Shown here piece by piece: positions 37,946-46,381 of a stretch of 64,000 nucleotides of DNA; positions within the stretch are counted from its first letter, which is position 1, and each line of letters begins with the position of its first letter. This DNA is from an uncultured Chloroflexia bacterium. Lineage in GTDB: Bacteria; Chloroflexota; Limnocylindria; Limnocylindrales; CSP1-4. Position numbers and translations under genes: made by a program. The notes beneath the pieces were generated by a model. That model was given only the letters and a program-made list of their open reading frames with translations. It made no database searches and was not told the DNA's origin. The DNA is taken from contig CAVXPZ010000001.1 in the NCBI GenBank assembly GCA_963763775.1, positions 704,001-768,000 of the forward strand. Reading direction: 5' to 3'.

Positions 37946-39466
37946 ATGCCCACCGCGCGACGTCCCGCCGGCGCTCGACCCGAGCCGCTCTTCCAGCCAC
38001 CGCCCGAGCGACAGCCGCTGGCCGCGCGCATGCGCCCGCGCGACCTCGAGGAGTTCGAGGGGCAGGCGCACCTCGTCGGCGAGCGCGGGCCCCTTCGCCG
38101 CAGCGTCGCCCGTGGTCACCTCTCCTCCACCCTGTTGTGGGGACCGCCGGGCACCGGGAAGACCAGCCTCGCGCGCCTGCTTGCCAACGCCATCGGAGCG
38201 CACTTCGTCTCCCTCTCGGCCGTCATGTCGGGCGTGGTCGAGGTCCGCTCGACCATCGCGGAGGCGCAGGAGCGACTGGCCCTCCACGGCGCGCGGACCG
38301 TCCTGTTCCTCGATGAGATCCACCGCTTCAACAAGGCCCAGCAGGACGCCCTGCTCCCGCACGTCGAGGACGGCACCGTCACGCTGATCGGCGCGACGAC
38401 CGAGAACCCGTATTTCGAGGTGAACGCCGCGCTCCTGTCCCGGATGCGCGTCTGGCGACTCGAGGCGCTGACCGACGACGAGGTCGGGACCGTGGTCCGG
38501 CGGGCGTTGACCGATGCCGAGCGAGGCCTGGCCGGCCCGCTCGGGCCCGAGGGCGGCGTCGACCTGTCCGAGGCGGCCTTCGAGCATCTCGTATCCCTGG
38601 CGGGCGGGGACGCGCGAACGGCCCTGAACGTGCTCGAAGGCGCAGCCGCGCTGGCGGAGGACGAAGGGATCCGCGACCAGCAGGGCCGCGTCTCGCCGCG
38701 CCTCGAGGACGTCGAGGCGGCCGCCCAGCAGCGGGTCCTCGCCTACGACCGGGCCGGCGACGGCCACTACGACACGGTGTCGGCGTTCATCAAGAGCCTC
38801 CGCGGCAATGACCCGGATGCCGCGCTGTACTGGCTCGCGGCCATGGTCGCCGCCGGTGAGGACCCGAAGTTCATCGCGCGCCGGCTGATCATCAGCGCGT
38901 CCGAGGACGTGGGGAACGCCGACCCGCGCGCGCTCCAGGTGGCCGTCGCGGCGGCCCAGGCGCTCGACTGGATCGGGCTGCCCGAGGCCCAGTACGCCCT
39001 GGCCCAGGCGACGACGTATGTCGCGACCGCCCCGAAATCGAACCGGTCGGGGGCCGCGTACTGGGCGGCCGTGTCCGATGTCGAGGCCCGTGGATCCCTG
39101 CCCGTCCCGCTGCACCTTCGCAACGCCGCGCATCGGGGGATGAAGCAGCACGGCATCGGCGTCGGATATCGCTACACGCACGACTTCGACGGCGCCGACA
39201 TCGAACAGCAGTACCTGCCTGATCTCCTCGCCGACCGTCGCTACTACCTGCCCACCGACCAGGGGTATGAGGCGACGCTCGCGGCCCGGATGGCCGCCAG
39301 GGTGGAGGCCCGCTCGGCGGCGAAGGCCGCCGGCAAGACGCCGCGCACCCGGACACCGGCGCCCACGGTCACGCCGCACGCCGGCGACGGCATCCTCAAG
39401 ACGCGCGAGGCGAACCGCAAGAAGCTCGCGGACACGGAGAAACGCGACGCGGGCGACGCCGGCTAG
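37946..39466 (+). CDS. rarA: replication-associated recombination protein A (MgsA)
   Basis: [47 protein letters not shown]. Confidence 0.95.
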   Translation: MPTARRPAGARPEPLFQPPPERQPLAARMRPRDLEEFEGQAHLVGERGPLRRSVARGHLSSTLLWGPPGTGKTSLARLLANAIGAHFVSLSAVMSGVVEVRSTIAEAQERLALHGARTVLFLDEIHRFNKAQQDALLPHVEDGTVTLIGATTENPYFEVNAALLSRMRVWRLEALTDDEVGTVVRRALTDAERGLAGPLGPEGGVDLSEAAFEHLVSLAGGDARTALNVLEGAAALAEDEGIRDQQGRVSPRLEDVEAAAQQRVLAYDRAGDGHYDTVSAFIKSLRGNDPDAALYWLAAMVAAGEDPKFIARRLIISASEDVGNADPRALQVAVAAAQALDWIGLPEAQYALAQATTYVATAPKSNRSGAAYWAAVSDVEARGSLPVPLHLRNAAHRGMKQHGIGVGYRYTHDFDGADIEQQYLPDLLADRRYYLPTDQGYEATLAARMAARVEARSAAKAAGKTPRTRTPAPTVTPHAGDGILKTREANRKKLADTEKRDAGDAG

Positions 39467-39559
39467 GAACGCCGACGAACGCGGCCGGCCCACCTGGCGC
39501 CGCGGACCCCGCCGTGACGGACGACGCATCGGCGTCACCGCGTCCGTCATCATCGGGCA

Positions 39560-40951
39560 GTGGGAACCGTCGACCGAGCCCGCACCCTGCCTGGCGGCGC
39601 CGCCGTCGTCGGCCTCTTCGAGCGGTTCGTGCCGCGCGGCGCGATCGTCCTGTCCCTGTTCAGCCTCGGCTACTTCGCGATGGGCGTCATCCGCAACCGG
39701 GTCTTCGCGAACACCTACGGCGCCGGCGCCGAGCTCGACGCCTACAACGCGGCGTTCCGCGTCCCCGAGATCCTGCTCGACGTCCTCGTGGCGGCCGGTC
39801 TGACGGCGCCGTTCGTCCCGATCTTCAGCACGCTCCGGCGCGACGCCGAGGAGGCCGCGAACGACTTCGGACGGACGGTCCTGACCGCCGCGGTCGCGGT
39901 GATGGCGGTCGCGTCGGCGATCCTCTTCGTCGCGGCGCCGTGGCTGGCGGGGGTCATCGGTGCGAGCTTCGACGCGGCGACCCAGGCGCTCTACGTCGAG
40001 CTGTTGCGGATCAACTGCCTGGCCCAGCTGACCTTCGCCGCGTCCATCGCGCTCGGCGAGATCCTCGTCGCGAACCGCCGGTTCGTCTTCTACGCGCTCG
40101 CCCCGATCCTCTACACGACCGGGATCATCCTCGGGACCGTGCTGTTCGCGTCCACCTACGGGATCGTGGCGACCGCCTGGGGTGCGGTGGCCGGCGCCGT
40201 GGCGCACCTCGCCGTCCGGGCCATCGGCACCCTCCGGACCTCGTTCCGGATCCGGCCGATGTTCCGCGTCCGCACGCCCGCGTTCCGCGAGTTCGTCCGC
40301 CTGATGATCCCGCGGATGATCAGCTCGCCGGTCGAGCCGCTGATCTTCACGTACTTCACCGTCCTCGCGGCGAGCATCGGCGTCGGGAGCGTCTCCTCGG
40401 TCAACTTCGCCGCGGACTACCAGGTCGTCCCGGTGAGTCTCATCGGCGTGTCGTTCTCGCTCGCGATCTTCCCGACGTTGTCGGCGGCGTACGCGGACGG
40501 GGAACGCAGCCGGTTCACGGCCCTGCTCCGGCGGAACCTGGTCGTCATCGCCGCGCTCACCAGCCTCGCGGCCGTGGCGCTCTTCGTCCTGTCCGGCAAG
40601 CTCGTCGAGGTCCTGCTGGGTGGCGGCGCATTCGATGCCGAGGATGTCGCGCGGACATCGGCCGTCGTCGCCGCCTTCGCCATCTCGATCCCGTTCGACG
40701 CGCTCGCCTACCCGCTCTCGCGCGGCCTGTTCGCCACCCACGACACGGCCCGACAGGTCGTCGCCTCGTTCGCGGGACTCGGCACGGTCGTGCTCGCGTC
40801 GCAGCTCCTCGTGCCGGTGGTCGGGATCCTCGCGATCCCGCTCGGCTACGCCGTGGGGATGGCCGCCAAGGACGCGCTGCTCGCGGTCTTCCTCATGACC
40901 CGGATGCGCCGGGCCTGGCCGGTCACGACGCCGCCGATGCCGACGCCTTGA
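39560..40951 (+). CDS. murJ: MurJ/MviN-family lipid II flippase
   Basis: YGAGAELDAYNAAFRVP, FVPIF, FPTLS, F.ATHDT. Confidence 0.82.
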   Translation: MGTVDRARTLPGGAAVVGLFERFVPRGAIVLSLFSLGYFAMGVIRNRVFANTYGAGAELDAYNAAFRVPEILLDVLVAAGLTAPFVPIFSTLRRDAEEAANDFGRTVLTAAVAVMAVASAILFVAAPWLAGVIGASFDAATQALYVELLRINCLAQLTFAASIALGEILVANRRFVFYALAPILYTTGIILGTVLFASTYGIVATAWGAVAGAVAHLAVRAIGTLRTSFRIRPMFRVRTPAFREFVRLMIPRMISSPVEPLIFTYFTVLAASIGVGSVSSVNFAADYQVVPVSLIGVSFSLAIFPTLSAAYADGERSRFTALLRRNLVVIAALTSLAAVALFVLSGKLVEVLLGGGAFDAEDVARTSAVVAAFAISIPFDALAYPLSRGLFATHDTARQVVASFAGLGTVVLASQLLVPVVGILAIPLGYAVGMAAKDALLAVFLMTRMRRAWPVTTPPMPTP

Positions 40952-41918
40952 CCGTCGGCACGACCACGATGTACTTGCCGTCACGCGCGGCGTAGTTGCC
41001 CTCGGGCCGCTTCCACTTGAGGAAATTGCGGATCATCTCGCTCCCATCCTGGAACGTCCCGGGCGGGTCGGACGGGCCCCAGATGCTCGAGACTCGCGGG
41101 TACCAGGGATCGAGGATGTACGTGCCGTCGATGTGCGCGTCCTTGAAGATCGCGGGGTCCGCGTCAGCCCGGTAGCCCGTCATGACCCACGTGTGCGCAC
41201 CGCGCCACGCCATGAGGAGCGCGGGCGACCCGGTCGTCTTGATCGCCTTGGCGGCGCCGCGGAGGGCGCCCTGCCGCGAGTTGTACGCCCGGACTTCGTA
41301 GCCCGGGGCGCCGTACGCCTTCAGGGCGAGGACCATCGCGGCCGGCCCCCATTGCCCGTTGTGACTGTCCGAGTAGCTCTCCCAGCGGCGGACCTTGCTG
41401 TTGATCTCGGCCTGCGTGTGGTCGGAGGTGTCCACGAGCCCGAGCACCGCCAGCGCCATCTGGACGCCGGCCGGGGCGCACCAGTCCTTGTCGACCTCGG
41501 AGGCGAAGACCTTCTTCGGGTGCTTGACGATGTTGACGTCCACGGCCTTGCGGACCGGGGCGGGCGTGGGGGTCGGGGTCGGGACGGGCGTCGGCGGGGG
41601 TGTCTCGCCCGGCTCGAGCGACGGGGTCGGCGTGGGGACCGGCGTCGGCGTCGGGACCGGCGTCGGGGTGGCCGCGGCGGTCCCGTCCTCGTCGTCGGTC
41701 TCGGTGTCGGTCGGGTCCTGGACCTCGATCGTGGCCACCGTCGGGCGGTCGGGCGGCGGGCCGGCGATGAACCGGTCGATCTTCGCGACGAGCCGCTCGA
41801 ACCGGTCCCCCGCCCCGAACGCGTTCACCCCGACCGCGCCCGCCCCGAGCGCCAGCCCGAGCAGGAACACGACGAGGAAGACGGCGACGAACTGCGTGCG
41901 GCGCGAGCGACGGTCCAT
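40923..41918 (-). CDS. membrane-anchored protein with PT linker and C39/papain-like peptidase domain
   Basis: N-terminal TM, (PT)n repeat, WCAPA (Cys), GAHTW (His), ILDPW (Asp). Confidence 0.65.
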   Translation of the reverse strand: MDRRSRRTQFVAVFLVVFLLGLALGAGAVGVNAFGAGDRFERLVAKIDRFIAGPPPDRPTVATIEVQDPTDTETDDEDGTAAATPTPVPTPTPVPTPTPSLEPGETPPPTPVPTPTPTPAPVRKAVDVNIVKHPKKVFASEVDKDWCAPAGVQMALAVLGLVDTSDHTQAEINSKVRRWESYSDSHNGQWGPAAMVLALKAYGAPGYEVRAYNSRQGALRGAAKAIKTTGSPALLMAWRGAHTWVMTGYRADADPAIFKDAHIDGTYILDPWYPRVSSIWGPSDPPGTFQDGSEMIRNFLKWKRPEGNYAARDGKYIVVVPTVKASASAAS

Positions 41919-42029
41919 GGGCGATCGGGTCCTTCCGCGGGTCACTCTACGGCGGAACGACGACGGAGGCCGTGGAGATGCGACGCCGGACCCCACGGTG
42001 GTGGTGCCGCGCCGCCGCTCGTCCCGGCG

Positions 42030-42443
42030 TCATGGCTCGAGGTCGAACGTCCGGACGTGGACCGGTCGGAAGACGGCGATCGGCCGGCGATCGAACGTCG
42101 CGATGCGCCGCACGCCGAGCCGTTCCGCGGTCGCGACGAGCACGGCGTCGGCGAGCCGGGGCCGATGCTCGCCAGCCTCGACCAGATGCTCGGCGGCTCG
42201 GTCCAGGTCCGCGTCCGTCGGGGCGACGAGCCGGATGCCGCCGCCCGTGATGCTCCGGACGAGCGCGAGCGTCGCCTCGAGCCCGAGCTCGCGCTGGAGC
42301 AGCGCGTCCAGCTCGGCGAGCGACAAGGCCCCGAGCAGGAGCGGCTCGTCCGCCCGCGCGAACCACGCCACGGCCGCCGCATGATTGAGGTCCGCCTGGT
42401 CGGCCGCCGCCAGGATCGCGCTCGTGTCGAGCAGGATCGCCAC
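42030..42443 (-). CDS. vapC: VapC PIN-domain toxin
   Basis: LLDTS, LAEL, LADA and TFD acidic tetrad. Confidence 0.88.
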   Translation of the reverse strand: MAILLDTSAILAAADQADLNHAAAVAWFARADEPLLLGALSLAELDALLQRELGLEATLALVRSITGGGIRLVAPTDADLDRAAEHLVEAGEHRPRLADAVLVATAERLGVRRIATFDRRPIAVFRPVHVRTFDLEP

Positions 42444-42450
42444 GGGCGGG

Positions 42451-42702
42451 TCAGCGCGACCCGGTCGGGCGACGCCCGGCTTCGCGGCGCGTGATCGAGC
42501 GTCCGTCGAGCGACAGGCGACCGTGCTGGCTGCGCCCGATGGCGACGAACGGCAACTCGGGGGCCGCCTCGCGCTCGGCCAGGTACGCCTCGAGGGCCGC
42601 GGTGATCACCGCCGTCTTCGTCGTCCGGGCGTGCGACGCGAGCCTCGCGACGCGGTCGAGCAGGTCCGCGTCGGCCAGGATCGTGGTGCGTTTGATCGCC
42701 AT
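42451..42702 (-). CDS. vapB: RHH/CopG-type antitoxin
   Basis: MAIKRTTI..DLL..V..LA..TKTAVI..ALEAYL, directly upstream of the PIN gene. Confidence 0.8.
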   Translation of the reverse strand: MAIKRTTILADADLLDRVARLASHARTTKTAVITAALEAYLAEREAAPELPFVAIGRSQHGRLSLDGRSITRREAGRRPTGSR

Positions 42703-42721
42703 ATGACGGCATATATGACAC
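42700..42721 (-). promoter_or_regulatory. probable vapBC promoter/operator
   Basis: AT-rich ATATGAC direct repeat overlapping the start codon. Confidence 0.45.
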
Positions 42722-42785
42722 GGTGGCGGCGAACGGTCAAGCCGTGCGACCATCCCGCCACATCCGCACCCCCGGAGGCCTGCTC

Positions 42786-43970
42786 GTGGACCGCTTCGAA
42801 CCCAATCTCCGCATCCCCGGCCCCACCGCCCTGCCGCCGTCCGTCCGGGTCGCCGGCGGACGCCAGATGATCAACCACCGCGGCCCGGAGTTCGCCGCGA
42901 TGCTCGAGCGGATCCTGTCGGGGATGCGCCCGTATTTCGGGACGACGTCGGACATCGCGGTCATCACGACCGCGGGCTCGGGCGGCCTCGAGGCGGCCGT
43001 CGTCAACGTGCTGTCCCCCGGCGACAAGGTCCTGGGCGTCTCGATCGGCTCGTTCGGGGACCGGTTCGCCAAGATCGCCGGCATCTACGGCGCGGACGTC
43101 ACGAAGGTCGACGCCGAGTGGGGCTTTGCCGCGGCGCCCGAGGAGGTCCGCGAACGCCTCCGCGCCACACCCGGCGTCAAGGCCGTCCTGCTGACCCACA
43201 ACGAGACCTCGACCGGCGTCATGAACCCGATCCCCGAGCTGGCCGCGGCCATCCGCGAGGAGGCGCCCGACGCGCTCATCCTCGTCGACAGCGTCTCGGC
43301 CCTGGGCGCCGTGCCGTTCGAGATGGACGCCTGGGGCGTCGACGTCGTCGTCACCGGGTCGCAGAAGGCCTGGATGTCCGCGCCGGGCCTCGCGATGATC
43401 GCGGCGTCGCCGCGGGCGTGGTCGGCGATGGAGACCGCGACGATGCCGCGGTTCTACCTGGACCTGCGCGCGCATCGCGATGCGGCCGCGAACGGCCAGA
43501 CGCCGTTCACCCCGGCGATCGCCGTCGTCTACCAGGTCGACGAAGGCCTGCGGCTGATGGCCGAGGAGGGCCAGGACGCGGTCTTCGCCCGGCACGAGGT
43601 CTGTGCCGCGGCGTCGCGTGCCGGCCTCGCGGCCCTCGGCTTCGAGCTCTTCGCCGACCCGGCGGTAGCCTCGCGGACCGTGACCGCCGCGTGGGTGCCC
43701 GAGGGCCTCGACTGGAAGGCGTTCAACGGCGAGGTCAAGCGCCGCGGCGTCGTCCTCGCCGGCGGCCAGGGCAAGCTCACCGGCAAGATCTTCCGGCTCG
43801 GCCACCTGGGGTCGGTCACGCTCGAGGAGATCCTCGGCGCGATCAGCACGCTCGAGATCGTCTCGCTGACGACCGGGCGACCCGTCGAGCCCGGCTCCGC
43901 CGTCGCGGCCGCCCAGCGTGCGGCCCTCGCGGCGCAGGGCATCGCCGCTCTGACGGTCGCCGGCGCGTGA
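42786..43970 (+). CDS. class V PLP aminotransferase (probable phosphoserine aminotransferase)
   Basis: IPGPT, HNETSTG, VDSVS, GSQKAW, FRLGHLG; coupled to serA. Confidence 0.88.
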   Translation: MDRFEPNLRIPGPTALPPSVRVAGGRQMINHRGPEFAAMLERILSGMRPYFGTTSDIAVITTAGSGGLEAAVVNVLSPGDKVLGVSIGSFGDRFAKIAGIYGADVTKVDAEWGFAAAPEEVRERLRATPGVKAVLLTHNETSTGVMNPIPELAAAIREEAPDALILVDSVSALGAVPFEMDAWGVDVVVTGSQKAWMSAPGLAMIAASPRAWSAMETATMPRFYLDLRAHRDAAANGQTPFTPAIAVVYQVDEGLRLMAEEGQDAVFARHEVCAAASRAGLAALGFELFADPAVASRTVTAAWVPEGLDWKAFNGEVKRRGVVLAGGQGKLTGKIFRLGHLGSVTLEEILGAISTLEIVSLTTGRPVEPGSAVAAAQRAALAAQGIAALTVAGA

Positions 43971-45550
43971 GGATCCTCGTCGCCGAACCCGTCGCCGAGG
44001 AGGGCGTCGAGCTCCTCCGCGCCCAGCACGACGTGGACGAGCGCCACGGCCTCAGCCGGGACGAGCTCTGCGCGATCCTGCCCGAGTACGACGCGCTCAT
44101 CGTCCGGAGCCAGGTCCAGGTCGACGCGGGCCTGATCGCCGCAGGGACGCGCCTGGTCGTCATCGGGCGAGCCGGCGTGGGTGTCGACAACGTCGACCTG
44201 GACGCCGCGACCCGTGCCGGCATCACGGTCGTCAACGCCCCGACCGGCAACACCATCGCCGCGGCCGAGCACACGCTCGCGCTCCTCTACGGACTGGCCC
44301 GCCGCGTCGCGCCGGCGGACGCCTCGGTCCGGCGGGGCGAGTGGAAGCGCAGCCAGTTCACCGGCCTGGAGCTTCGCGGGCGCACCCTCGGGATCGTCGG
44401 CCTCGGGAAGATCGGCCAGGCCATCGCGCTCCGCGCACGAGCGATGGAGATGACCGTGCTGGGCGTCGACCCGTTCGTGACCGCAGAAGGCGCGGCGAAC
44501 CACGGCGTCGAGCTCGTCGAGCTGGACGAACTGCTCCGCCGCGCCGATGTCGTCAGTGTCCACGTGCCGCTGAACCGCGCGACCCGCGGACTGATCGGCA
44601 AGGACGCGATCGCGAAGATGAAGCCGGGCGCGATCGTGCTCAACGTGGCCCGCGGCGGGGTGCTCGACGAGGCTGCGGTGGCGGACGCGCTGCGCGACGG
44701 CCGGCTCGGCGGCGCGGGGGTGGATGTCTTCGAGACGGAGCCGCCGGTCGGGTCGCCGTTGCTCGATGCCCCGAACACGCTCCTGACGCCGCATCTCGGC
44801 GCCTCGACGGCGGAAGCGCAGATCCTCGTGTCCGAGGAGGTCGCCGCGCAGGTCCTCGACGTGCTCGACGGGCGCAGCGCCCGCTATGCGGTCAACGCCC
44901 CGCTCCTCACGCCGGAGACGGCCCGGGCGATCGCGCCCTACCTGCCCCTCGCGGAGATCCTCGGGCGGTTCTTCGCGCAGTTCTCGCGCGGCGGGGTCAA
45001 GACCCTGACCCTCGAGATCGCGGGTGACCTCGCCGAATTCGATGGGACGCCACTCACCGCGGCGGTCCTGCGGGGTCTTCTCGAGACGACCACGACAGAG
45101 CGGGTCAACCTCGTCAACGCCGGCGCTCTGGCGAAGGCTCGCGGGATCACCCTGATCGAGCGCAAGACGCCTGACGCCGGCGCGTTCGCGGCGCAACTCA
45201 CGCTCTCGAGCGAGGGCCGGGGGCACGCGACGTCGGTCGCCGGCACCGTCGCCGGTGGCGAGCCGCGGATCACGAGGCTGGACGACTACCGGCTCGACAT
45301 GGCGCCGTCCGAGGTGATGCTCATCACTCGGCACATGGACCGGCCCGGCACGGTCGGTCGGATCGGCATCCTCCTCGGCGAGGCGGACGTGAACATCAGC
45401 GCGATGCACCTGGCGAGGAGCCGGCCGCGCGAGGATGCGCTGATGATCCTGGCGCTCGACGATGACGTTCCGGCCGGTGTCGGCGACGCGATCCGGGCCC
45501 ACGAGAACGTGACCGAGCTCTGGACGATCCGACTGGGCGGCGAGCACTGA
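43967..45550 (+). CDS. serA: D-3-phosphoglycerate dehydrogenase with ASB/ACT domains
   Basis: GRAGVGVDNVD, GLGKIG, NVARGG, TPHLGAST, C-terminal DRPG..NIS ACT domain. Confidence 0.95.
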   Translation: MRILVAEPVAEEGVELLRAQHDVDERHGLSRDELCAILPEYDALIVRSQVQVDAGLIAAGTRLVVIGRAGVGVDNVDLDAATRAGITVVNAPTGNTIAAAEHTLALLYGLARRVAPADASVRRGEWKRSQFTGLELRGRTLGIVGLGKIGQAIALRARAMEMTVLGVDPFVTAEGAANHGVELVELDELLRRADVVSVHVPLNRATRGLIGKDAIAKMKPGAIVLNVARGGVLDEAAVADALRDGRLGGAGVDVFETEPPVGSPLLDAPNTLLTPHLGASTAEAQILVSEEVAAQVLDVLDGRSARYAVNAPLLTPETARAIAPYLPLAEILGRFFAQFSRGGVKTLTLEIAGDLAEFDGTPLTAAVLRGLLETTTTERVNLVNAGALAKARGITLIERKTPDAGAFAAQLTLSSEGRGHATSVAGTVAGGEPRITRLDDYRLDMAPSEVMLITRHMDRPGTVGRIGILLGEADVNISAMHLARSRPREDALMILALDDDVPAGVGDAIRAHENVTELWTIRLGGEH

Positions 45551-46341
45551 GCGGCTCGCCGATCCCGGAGGGCCTGGACGCGACGCTCGTCCTCGTCCGG
45601 CACGGCGAGAGCGAGTTCATCGTCGAGGGCCGTTTCCAGGGCCAGGCGGACAGCCCGCTCTCGGCTGCGGGACGGGCGCAGGCGGGGCTGGTGGCGGCGC
45701 GACTCGCCGATCCGTGGCGCTCCCCTGCCCTGCCGATCCCGGCCGGGAACCCCGTCGAGATCGCCCACTCGCCGCTCGGACGGGCGGCCGAGACGGCCAC
45801 GGCCGTCGCCTCGGCGCAGCCCGAGGCCGTGCCGACCCGTCCTGACGCCGGCTTCGCCGAGATCGGCCAGGGCGAATGGGAGGGCCTCCACCGAGACGAG
45901 ATCACCGCGCGGTATGCCACCGAGCTCGCGGGCTGGCGCCAGCGTCCGACTGCCGTCTGGGCACCGGGCGGCGAATTGCTCGCGGACGTGGCCACACGCG
46001 TCCGGCCCGCCCTCGCCACGATCCTGGCCGGGCTCGCGAGCCGACCGGCCGCCGTGACCGCCGACCCTGTCGCCGGCTATGCCGGGGCGCGGGCCACCGG
46101 CCCGTGGAGCATCCTCGTCGCGCACGATGGGGTCTTCAAGGTCGCGATGCTGACCCTCTTCGACCTGCCGCTCGACCGGTTCTGGATGTGGAGCTTCGAC
46201 CTGTGCGGGATCACCGTCGTGGACATCCGGGCGGGACGTCCGGTGCTCCGGGCCCACAACCTGACCGAACACCTGGCGCCACAGCAGGACGCGGCGGCCC
46301 TGGCGGAACGACAGGCACGCGAGGCGACCGGCGCGCTCTGA
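45547..46341 (+). CDS. histidine phosphatase (probable phosphoserine phosphatase), likely CTG start
   Basis: RHGES motif lies in frame upstream of the tracked start 45691; SPL.RA, E.GQGEWEG, VAHDG. Confidence 0.82.
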   Translation: MSGSPIPEGLDATLVLVRHGESEFIVEGRFQGQADSPLSAAGRAQAGLVAARLADPWRSPALPIPAGNPVEIAHSPLGRAAETATAVASAQPEAVPTRPDAGFAEIGQGEWEGLHRDEITARYATELAGWRQRPTAVWAPGGELLADVATRVRPALATILAGLASRPAAVTADPVAGYAGARATGPWSILVAHDGVFKVAMLTLFDLPLDRFWMWSFDLCGITVVDIRAGRPVLRAHNLTEHLAPQQDAAALAERQAREATGAL

Positions 46342-46381
46342 CCTGGATGGCGGCCGACCGGCGGGTGGCCGGCGCCGGTCG

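Noticed and set aside
37391-40984. 1197-aa minus-strand ORF and other long antisense ORFs (e.g. 29773-32355, 48658-51231, 9337-11154)
   Set aside because: Shadow ORFs opposite well-supported genes; high GC makes stop codons rare and the translations have no motifs.
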